64,000 bases of DNA from Octopus sinensis. Its lineage: Eukaryota. The notes beneath the pieces are model-generated. The model had not been told where the DNA came from and made no database searches. It saw only the letters and a list, made by a program, of their open reading frames with translations. The DNA is taken from positions 79,794,001 through 79,858,000 of the forward strand of contig NC_043001.1 in assembly GCF_006345805.1 (NCBI RefSeq), in the 5' to 3' direction. This document shows, one piece after another, positions 54,392 to 64,000 of this stretch. Every line of letters starts with the position of its first letter. Position 1 is the stretch's first letter. Both the position numbers and the translations under genes were made by a program.

Positions 54392-54859
54392 GGTAATGAC
54401 GGTGGTTGTAATCCGCTATGGGTGCTGTGGCAGTTGAGGTAATGGTATTGATGGTAGTGGTGGTGATACTGTTGTTGTTGTTGCTGTTGTTTTTGTCGCG
54501 CTTGGTGGTGGTGGTGGTGGTGGTGGTGGTGGTGATGGCGATGGCTTGATGCTGGTAGATGGTGGAATAAAAATGACGGTATTTGGTTTCGATGGTAGGG
54601 GTGTTCGCCGAGATGGTTGTGACGATGTTTGATGAAGTATTGTTGGTGGTGGTCGTGGTGGTGGTGGTGTGGTAATGGTGGTGGTGAGAGCTGTTCTGTT
54701 ATTGTTGTTCATCGTTGTAGTAGTAAGGTGTATGTGTGTAGGGGAGGGGGTGTTTCCTTGTAGTTGATGGTAATAGGTGATGGCGACCGTGATGGCAATG
54801 GTGATGGTAAAGGCAATGATGGCGGTGGTGATATTGATGGTAGTAGTAATAGTGGTAGA

Positions 54860-55240
54860 GGTAGTGGTGGTGAAGGTAGTGATGGTGGAGGTGATGGTGG
54901 CGCTGCTGGAGCTGGTGGTGGCGGTCGTGGTGGTGGTGGAAGTAGTGGTGATGGTGGTGGTGATGGTGGAGATGACGGTGGCGCTGGTGGTGCTGGTGGT
55001 GGCGGTCGACGTGGTGGAGGTAGTGGTGATGGTGGTGATGGTGGAGGTGACTATGGCGTTTGTGGTGCTGGTGGTGGCGGTCGACGTGGTGGAGGTAGTG
55101 TTGATGGTAGTGATGGTGGAGGTGAAGGTGGTGCTGCTGGAGCTGGTGGTGGCGGTCGTGGTGGTGGAGATAGTAGTGATGGTGGTGATGGTGGAGGTGA
55201 CGGTGACGCTGGTGGTGCTGGTGGTGGCGATCGTCATCGT
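54860..55240. repeat. G-rich minisatellite, ~75-bp unit, ~5 copies, inside GGT-type low complexity (54270-55520)
   Basis: The anchor ggcggtcg/ggcgatcg recurs at 54920, 55001, 55076, 55151 and 55226. Confidence 0.85.
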
Positions 55241-55369
55241 CGACGGCGAATTAATTTTAGGCATGTGTAATACAAGAAGACAGATCATGTTGTTCCTGTT
55301 AGTATTGCTAATGTCGATCATAGAAGTTTTAATCGCTGTTCTTGTTATTTTCATTTTTCGTGTTGTTAT

Positions 55370-55401
<32 letters not shown>

Positions 55402-55572
55402 GTGGTCGTGGTGGTTGTGATTGTAATGTCGTCGTCGTCATCGTTGTTGTTGTAGATTTTGTTAATGTGTTGATTGTAGTGCTGATGGTAGTAGTAGTTA
55501 TAATAGTTGTAATACAGTTGCTATCATTATTGATGTCGTCTGCAATTGCTGTCGTGTGAAGGTGAAGTGCTA

Positions 55573-55818
55573 TTTCTTTATTGTCCACATGAGGATAAAC
55601 ATAGAAGGGACAAACAAGGACAGACAAAGGGGTTAAGTCGATTACATTAACCCCAGTGCGTAACTGGTACTTAATTTATCGACCCCGAAAAGATAAAAGG
55701 CAGAGTCGACCTCGGCGGAATTTGAACTCACAACGTAACGGCAGACGAAATACCGCTAAGCATTCCGCCCTGCGTGTTAACGCTTCTACCAGCTCGTGCT
55801 AACGATTCTGTCAACTCG
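55573..55818 (-). mobile_element. SINE family B (further fragments at 55930-56125)
   Basis: gagtcgacctcggcggaatttgaactc...gacgaaataccgctaagcatt. Confidence 0.85.
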
Positions 55819-56134
55819 AAGCCCTCACCTTCAACAAGAATAACAGCATCGTAACACATACAACATTCACCACCACCACAACCAACAACAACAACAACAA
55901 CACTACTCTAACAACAATAGCAGTAACAACGACTTAATCCCTTTGTCTGTCCTTGTTTGTCCCCACTATGTTCAGCCCTTTGTGGACAATAAAGAAATAA
56001 GAATCGTTAGCACACCGGTGAAAATACTTAGCCGCATTCCATCCGTTGTTACTTTCTGGATTTCAAATTCTTCCGAAGTCGACGTTGTTTTTCATCCTTT
56101 TCGGCATCGATGAAATAAGACCATGCAAATTTAG

Positions 56135-56370
56135 TTAGCAAGGTTTTCTATCTTGCTTTCTGATGACAACAGGTGTCTTCATACCTTAAGAATCTTTCTC
56201 TGAGGATTCTTACTGAATATAGGATGATACTTTTCTGCAGGTCAACAATACGAGTTTTTGTTCCAATCTCTTTTAGTCTTTTAGTTAGCAATTTGGGTGC
56301 TGAGCCGAGTGCACCGATTACTATAGCAATAATTGTTGCCTTGGTTTTACACAGCCTCCTCCATTATTAT
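56135..56370 (-). mobile_element. 3' tip of a second, divergent Dong/R4-type LINE
   Basis: Minus strand reads LWRRLCKTKATIIAIVIGALGSAPKLL..RLKEIG...DLQKSIILYSVRILRKILKV*, the REL C-terminus. It starts in taataa. Confidence 0.7.
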
Positions 56371-56371
56371 T

Positions 56372-56580
56372 AAGGCGGTGAGAAGGCAGAATCATTAGCA
56401 CGCTGAGCAAAATGCTTCCGGAATTTCGTCCATCTTTACATTCTGAGCTGAAATTATGCTGAGGTCGAATTTTTCGTTTCACCCCCCCCCCCACCTCGAG
56501 ATTGATAAAATAAGTACCAGTTGAGCATTGGGGTCGATGTAATCGACTGGTCCCCTTTTCCCAAAATTTCGGAGCTCTAG
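56372..56580 (+). mobile_element. SINE family B
   Basis: aaggcggtgagaaggcagaatcattagcacgc...ggggtcgatgtaatcgac. Confidence 0.8.
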
Positions 56581-57696
56581 TAAAAAGTGATCTTGCTGGT
56601 TGTCATCGTGATGATGACTTTAATAATCATAAAGATCTATTGTTATAATCTGTTAAGTTTATCTCTACAGAAAGTCTATAGAAAATATTGCCAACATAAC
56701 GAAATGACGCGTACCAACAAATCATTAGTATTTACGTACTAGATTCCAGGAATGCGTTTAGTATGTAAAATTGGTACCTCCAATAACGTTTCACTGCTGT
56801 ATATAGAGACAATTTAAGCAATGTGTTCGAGGATAAGTGAAAGATTAAATTGATACTGATGAAGGGGCAAACATTCCCGAAATATGGTATATACCCCTAT
56901 TACCCTTTTTTCATCTTCGACCTCATTGTTTGTTTACATTTGGCGTCTCAGATACGAAACATCGCAACAGAAATCGGTGCTGGCAACACTTTCTACAGCA
57001 TATCTGTAGAGCTAAGCTTAACAAGTAATGTAAAAGTGCACGGCTAACGCAGCAGAACACGTTATTGACAGTATATTGAGGTTGCATAACGAAATACCGC
57101 GTTATTGTTATCGTTATTGCTAGCTATAGTGTTGTTGATGTTCAGTTTGTTATTTTTTATGTTGTTATTTTGCACAAGATCAGCTCTGATCTAACAGTAC
57201 TGCAATGAGAGGCATTCAGGCAGTGACCACCCTATCTTGACAGATAAACTTTATCACAAACTACATTCTGTCAAATGTGCTTCCTTTTTATAGAAGACTT
57301 TAAGGGAAGGATTTCAGAAAAATTTGGCTGCGATTTCTAACAGGTCGTTTGTGCACCTGGAGTCACCCTCATTATTTGGACTATTTTCATTGTTGCAGGA
57401 GCTGTTTTTGGTAGTGGTTGTTACATTTAAGATTTGATTGGTGATTGCATTGATTCTAGTAAATGGATTGATAATGTAATAGTAGTCGTAGTAGTAGTAG
57501 TAGCAGCACAGCAACAGCAGTAATAGTAGTAGAAGCAGTAGTGGTGGTAGTTGAAGTGGCAGTACAACTGGTAGAGGTGGTTGTAATAGTAATAACAGTA
57601 GCAGTGGCAGGAGTAGTAGTTGTAGTAGTAGTAGTAGTAGTAGTAGTAGTGTTGGTGGTGGTAGAAGTGGTAGTACCACTGTTGGTGGTGGTAGAA

Positions 57697-57751
<55 letters not shown>

Positions 57752-58109
57752 CAGCAGCAGCAGCAGCGCTGGTTGTAGTGTAGCTGTGGTGATGTTTGAA
57801 GTTGTAGAATTAATTCTGGGAACATTGGTAGATATGGTGACGTTACTGTTGTTGTTTAACCCCAGGTCAACTGTAATCCAGTAAACCTATGTCCGACAGT
57901 ATTCCAGTTTCGACCATTCCGATTTATTATTATTATTTTTCTATGTGCTAAGAATCTCAGATCACATTATCCAATGACACTTCCTTAAAGGTAGTTAGAT
58001 ATAATTTGAAGGACTGTTAGTTGCTATTTCTAGTAATTCGTATAACCGCATAGAGGCTCTTTCCTCGGTTCGCGATAACTCATTGTGTTGATTGTTACTT
58101 CTCTATCTC

Positions 58110-58530
58110 TACTCTTTACTCTCTTTACTCTTTTACTTGTTTCAGTCATTTCACTGCAGCCATGCTGGAGCACCACATTTTAGTCGCGCAAATCGATCCC
58201 AGGACTTATTCTTTGGAAGCCTAGTACTTATCGATCTCTTTTGCCGAAGCGCTAAGTTACGGGGACGTAAACACACCACCATCAGTTGTCAAGTGATGTT
58301 GGGGGGGGGGGCAAACACAGACACACAAACATATACACACACATACATATGTATATGTACATATATACGACGGGCTTCTTTCAGTTTCCGTCTACCGAAT
58401 CAATTCACAAGACTTTGGTCGGTCCGAGGCTATAGTTGAAGACACTTGCTCAAGGTGCCACGTAGTGGGACTGAACCTGGAACCATGTGGTTGGTAAGCA
58501 AGCTACTTACCACATAGCCACTCCTGCGTC
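58110..58530 (-). mobile_element. Near full-length SINE family A
   Basis: Minus-strand head gcaggagtggctatgtggtaagtagcttgcttaccaaccacatggttccaggttcagtccc, with a (TACTCT)n tail on the plus strand. Confidence 0.9.
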
Positions 58531-58559
58531 TACCCATAATTTTATATCAGTGGAAGGCG

Positions 58560-60860
58560 TCTAGACTTTACGAGCACCTGCAACTACTACCACCGCTACC
58601 ACTGCCTAATCAAGTACCACTGTCACAAGCACTCGTTCGCCGTCTTTTACATGCATCTGCACCGCCTTCACGAATCAGATCCCTCACCGCTAGTAATCAG
58701 TCAATGCTTTGAGATCAATCACCTTCAACATTGCCATTACCGTCTACAATTCGACTACCATCAGCGCCACGACACCGCCGCTGATATGGCTGATGCTGCC
58801 CCTGTCACTTGGGGTATTACACAAAAAGAAAATAAGCCTTAGCAATTACACAAGCAAGGTCTCCAGAAGTACCTTGACCACCACAAACAACACTACGATT
58901 ATTACAGCCGCTACTCCGACCATCACTACTAACACCACTACAACCAACACAACTACAAACATCGCCACAGCTACCACCAACACTACCATCACTACTGCTC
59001 CCACCACCACCGCCACCACTACTAACACCACTACCACTCCCATTACCATCACTACGACCAAACCATCACTTCCACCACCAACACGACGACTATCACTACT
59101 ATCACCACTAATACTACCACCACCAGCACCAGCATCACCATGACTGTCTCTCTACCACAATCATTACGAACCCCACTATTATCAGCACCACTATCACTGC
59201 CACTACTGCCACCACCACTACTAACATCACCATCACAATCACCAACACTACATCAATACCATTGCCAATAATGCTAGTACTACCACCAAACCAACAACAG
59301 CTTCTACCATCACTGCAATTAACACTCTTTCTCTACCACCACCACCACTACTGCCAATAATATGGCCAACACTCCAACTATCACTAATACCACTCATGCT
59401 GGTTCTAACGCCACCACCACTGAAACCACTCACTACGCTACCACCATAATACCTCGCCACGCCCTAATACCACCACCGTCACCACCACTGTAACAAGTAT
59501 TATTTCCACCACCACTACCACCATCAATAAGGTTCCCTCATATTAATGCTCGCACCACCACTCAGACGGTTTCTTTAGCACTACCACCGCCGCCACAACA
59601 CCGACCTCAATAACTACAGCCGATACCACCACCTTTGCATTCAGCACCAACACCAGTTCACCCTCTCCTTCCGCCACTCCATCCACGATCATCACTACAC
59701 CCGTCACCACATATACCCCGTTACTGCACCTAGCACTAGACACCCACTACCACCACAACTACAGCCTACACGATCACCACCACCACCACCACCACCACTA
59801 CTACTACACTCACTAACACCATAAACACCCATACTACTACGTACAATATCACCACTACCACTACCACCATCACACTCACCAGTACTACCATCACCGTCAC
59901 CCTTACCTTCACCACCACCACTCACACACACTCCCACTACCACCACCACCCCAACACTCACCACTACTACCACTATTACCACCATCACTATCATCACCAC
60001 ACTCACCACAACCACTACCACCATCACACTCAACACTACTACCATCACTATAACCATCACTACCAATACCACTACACACACAACAAGGACGACGACCATC
60101 ACCACCAATCCCACCACCACCACACTCATCACTACTACCACTATTACCACCATCACCATCATTACCCCACCACCGTCATCGCCACTACCACCATCAACTC
60201 CACTACCACTTCCACCACACTCACCATCACTATCACTACCAATACCACTAGACTCACGACGACGACGACAATGACTACCACTACCACCACCACCACAGCC
60301 ACCACTACCACCACTACCACCACCACCACCACACTCACCACTCTCGACACCACTTCCACAACCATTAGAAAAAGTCTATTCATCTCCGAACAGTGAACCA
60401 ATCCAATTGGTTCACTGCACCTTCTGCACTGTTAACTCAATTTCTATTACTTTACAACATAATCTAATTTTACATGCACAATAGGTTGAAGATGGTGCTG
60501 GCGGTCGTGATGGTGGCAGTCGTGGTGGTGGTCGCGGTGGCGGCGGTCGTGGTGGCGGCGATTGTGGTGGCGGCGGTCGTGGTGGTGATGGTGGTTGTGG
60601 TGGTGATAGTGGTGATCGTGGTGATTGTAATGACGGTGCTAGTGTTGATAATGGTTGTGGTGTCCCTGTTATGGTGGTCTTTGGTAGTAGTAGTATTAGT
60701 AGTAGTAGTAGTAGTAGTTGTAGTAGTAGAAGCAGCAGTAGCATCAACAGTGGTTGTGGTGGTAGTGGGAGCTGTGGTGGTGGTAGTGGTGGTGGTAGTG
60801 GTGATGGTAATGACAGTGCTTGTGTTGATAATTGTTGTGGTGTCCCCGTTACGGTGGTCT

Positions 60861-60918
<58 letters not shown>

Positions 60919-61077
60919 CAGCAGCAGCAACAGTATCAACATCACGAACGACAGTATTCGTAGTAGTTGTAGTAGTAGACGTTCTGGTTGATGTTGCTGC
61001 TGCAGTAGGCGTATTACGTGTAAGCTGCAACAGTATTATCATTATTATTATCATTATTATTATTATCATTATTATTA

Positions 61078-61161
<84 letters not shown>

Positions 61162-61176
61162 GTAGTAGTAGTAGTA

Positions 61177-61233
<57 letters not shown>

Positions 61234-61235
61234 AC
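58560..61235. repeat. Low-complexity (CAC/ACT)n and (GGT/GTA/ATT)n triplet region
   Basis: Direct reading. Source of the poly-T/V/P/I ORFs. Confidence 0.9.
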
Positions 61236-61521
61236 ATGTAGGTATCGCATTGGAAATATCGAGTGTCGTAGAATTTGATATGTCGGAGGTGGGAGATGTC
61301 TTTTGCGTTTATGGCATTCAAATGGTGATGGCTATAGAGTTAACGGTAGTTCTTGCAGCCGTTGCCATTATTGTCGTTGTTGCTGTTATTGTTTGTTTAG
61401 CTTCAGGTCAGTCTTGATTTTTATTTCTTACTTGTTGCAGTCATTAGATTGTGGTCATGCTGGAGCACCGCCTCGAAGAATGTTAGTAGAACGAACTGTC
61501 TCCATTACTATATATATATGT

Positions 61522-61612
<91 letters not shown>

Positions 61613-61613
61613 G

Positions 61614-61646
<33 letters not shown>

Positions 61647-61872
61647 ATATAATTAATCATATAGGGAGGCAAAAAAATTTTGTAGAATTCTTTTGCCCCC
61701 AGCGGCCTAGTGGGAAAAAATAAATAGTCATAAACCATTTTTAAGTTCAATATCACAATCAAGGAACGGCCATAATAGGCCATTCACCCACTAGAAATAA
61801 CAGCCAAAAAGCTTCAACGCAAAATAACATTAATCCGTAAATCAGGAGAAAATTAAAAAACATTTACCCTGA

Positions 61873-61979
61873 ATTCCTTATACGATGCACCGTTTCTTCT
61901 ACTGTTTAATGGTAAACTAACGTGATTAAATTAAATCAAGCCAATCTACCATAGGCCCTTAGATTCATCAGTAAGGAAT
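61873..61979 (-). ncRNA. Type I hammerhead ribozyme motif (family 5, array copy 1)
   Basis: Minus strand: ATTCCTTA CTGATGA [68-nt hairpin domain II] GAAA CGGTGCATCG TA TAAGGAAT. Stem I has 8 bp; stem III is A-U, C-G, G-C, G.U; the triplet is GUA. Confidence 0.85.
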
Positions 61980-62363
61980 AGCCAAATCGGAACAGATATT
62001 TTTCACGAGGCATTCTCGTCCATGCCTCGCCAATATCTGACCTAAAATTTTCAAATCGTCGCACTCGCGCCAAATTTATCGGCAGCAAATAAATATAAGC
62101 CGCCGATTCCATTACGGAACCAACCAGAAAATTCATAATTAATCAATATAGGGAGGCAAAAAAATTTTGTAGAATTCTTTTGCCCCCAGCGGCCTAGTGG
62201 GAAAAAATTAAATAGTCATAAACCATTTTTAAGTTCAATATCACAATCAAGGAACGGCCATAATAGGCCATTCACCCACTAGAAATAACAGCCAAAAAGC
62301 TTCAACCGCAAAATAACATTAATTCCGTAAATCAGGAGAAAATTAAAAAACATTTACCCTGAA

Positions 62364-62469
62364 ATTCCTTATACGATCACCGTTTCTTCTACTGTTTAAT
62401 GGTAAACTAACGTGATTAAATTAAATCAAGCCAATCTACCATAGGCCCTTAGATTCGTCAGTAAGGAAT
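62364..62469 (-). ncRNA. Type I hammerhead ribozyme motif (array copy 2)
   Basis: As copy 1, but the core is CTGACGA (change at the free N7 position) and there is a 1-nt deletion in the stem III loop. Confidence 0.8.
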
Positions 62470-62849
62470 AGCCAAATCGGAACAGATATTTTTCACGAGG
62501 CATTCTCGTCCATGCCTCGCCAATATCTGACCTAAAATTTTCAAATCGTCGCACTCGCGCCAAATTTATCGGCAGCAAATAAATATAAGCCGCCGATTCC
62601 ATTACGGAACCAACCAGAAAATTCATAATTAATCAATATAGGGAGGCAAAAAAATTTTGTAGAATTCTTTTGCCCCCAGCGGCCTAGTGGGAAAAAATTA
62701 ATAGTCATAACCATTTTTAAGTTCAATATCACAATCAAGGAACGGCCATAATAGCCATTCACCCACTAGAAATACAGCCAAAAAGCTTCAACCGCAAAAT
62801 AACATTAATTCCGTAAATCAGGAGAAAATTAAAAAACATTTACCCTGAA

Positions 62850-62956
62850 ATTCCTTATACGATGCACCGTTTCTTCTACTGTTTAATGGTAAACTAACGT
62901 GATTAAATTAAATCAAGCCAATCTACCATAGGCCCTTAGATTCATCAGTAAGGAAT
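62850..62956 (-). ncRNA. Type I hammerhead ribozyme motif (array copy 3)
   Basis: Plus strand attcctta at 62850, tcatcag at 62942-48 and taaggaat at 62949-56. Confidence 0.85.
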
Positions 62957-63338
62957 AGCCAAATCGGAACAGATATTTTTCACGAGGCATTCTCGTCCAT
63001 GCCTCGCCAATATCTGACCTAAAATTTTCAAATCGTCGCACTCGCGCCAATTTATCGGCAGCAAATAAATATAAGCCGCCGATTCCATTACGGAACCAAC
63101 CAGAAAATTCATAATTAATCAATATAGGGAGGCAAAAAAATTTTGTAGAATTCTTTTGCCCCCAGCGGCCTAGTGGAAAAAATTAAATAGTCATAAACCA
63201 TTTTTAAGTTCAATATCACAATCAAGGAACGGCCATAATAGGCCATTCACCCACTAGAAATAACAGCCAAAAAGCTTCAACCGCAAAATAACATTAATTC
63301 CGTAAATCAGGAGAAAATTAAAAAACATTTACCCTGAA

Positions 63339-63445
63339 ATTCCTTATACGATGCACCGTTTCTTCTACTGTTTAATGGTAAACTAACGTGATTAAATTAA
63401 ATCAAGCCAATCTACCATAGGCCCTTAGATTCATCAGTAAGGAAT
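63339..63445 (-). ncRNA. Type I hammerhead ribozyme motif (array copy 4)
   Basis: Plus strand attcctta at 63339, tcatcag at 63431-37 and taaggaat at 63438-45. Confidence 0.85.
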
Positions 63446-63827
63446 AGCCAAATCGGAACAGATATTTTTCACGAGGCATTCTCGTCCATGCCTCGCCAAT
63501 ATCTGACCTAAAATTTTCAAATCGTCGCACTCGCGCCAAATTTATCGGCAGCAAATAAATATAAGCCGCCGATTCCATTACGGAACCAACCAGAAAATTC
63601 ATATTAATCAATATAGGGAGGCAAAAAAATTTTGTAGAATTCTTTTGCCCCCAGCGGCCTAGTGGGAAAAAATTAAATAGTCATAAACCATTTTTAAGTT
63701 CAATATCACAATCAAGGAACGGCCATAATAGGCCATTCACCCACTAGAAATACAGCCAAAAAGCTTCAACCGCAAAATAACATTAATTCCGTAAATCAGG
63801 AGAAAATTAAAAAACATTTACCCTGAA

Positions 63828-63932
63828 ATTCCTTATACGATGCCCGTTTCTTCTACTGTTTAATGGTAAACTAACGTGATTAATTAAATCAAGCCAATCT
63901 ACCATAGGCCCTTAGATTCATCAGTAAGGAAT
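63828..63932 (-). ncRNA. Type I hammerhead ribozyme motif (array copy 5)
   Basis: Plus strand attcctta at 63828, tcatcag at 63918-24 and taaggaat at 63925-32. Single-base deletions in the stem III loop and in the domain II tip. Confidence 0.8.
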
Positions 63933-64000
63933 AGCCAAATCGGAACAGATATTTTTCACGAGGCATTCTCGTCCATGCCTCGCCAATATCTGACCTAAAA

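Larger units (their letters stand above)
61650..64000 (-). repeat. Head-to-tail tandem array of a ~489-bp non-coding monomer (at least 4.8 copies, runs off the window), HHR-bearing satellite / retrozyme-like
   Basis: Units start at ~61650, 62136, 62626, 63112 and 63602. They differ mostly by single-base indels plus rare substitutions. The array abuts (TA)n on the left. Confidence 0.97.

Noticed and set aside
61936-63611. Repeated 66-73 aa minus-strand ORFs (MNFLVGSVMESAAY...) in the array as a protein product
   Set aside because: Short, no recognisable motif, and start and frame vary between units through indels; the RNA structure explains the sequence better.
61650-64000. CRISPR array, rDNA/5S or tRNA cluster interpretation of the tandem array
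   Set aside because: No repeat-spacer alternation, no rRNA or tRNA motifs, and the context is eukaryotic.

Overview
AT-rich, microsatellite-saturated animal genomic DNA with a 100-N scaffold gap at 38307-38406. The SINE families look like those I recall from Octopus genomes; this is recognition from memory, not a database match. No host gene exon could be supported, and nearly all ORFs in the track are read-throughs of simple repeats. The window is a transposon graveyard: a CR1/L2-group LINE 3' end, two Dong/R4-type REL-endonuclease LINE pieces in (TAA)n tracts, the 5' half of a Tx1/L1-type LINE, an RTE LINE, a rosa-like and an Hsmar1-like Tc1/mariner relic, and many tRNA-derived SINEs of at least four families. 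The notable signal is RNA structure. Type I hammerhead ribozyme (HHR) motifs (stem I-CUGANGA-stem II-GAAA-palindromic stem III-GUH-stem I') occur in five unrelated non-coding repeat families. The best case is a ~489-bp head-to-tail tandem array (61650 to the window end) with one minus-strand HHR per unit inside a highly base-paired monomer, i.e. a retrozyme/Penelope-pLTR-like self-cleaving satellite. Other cases are a 397-bp monomer (HHRs at 3941 and 4919), an HHR in an inverted duplication (44010), and two decayed families (40650; 46500 with 9540). Near-perfect long DNA hairpins sit beside (TA)n tracts. All ribozyme calls come from manual pairing and are untested.
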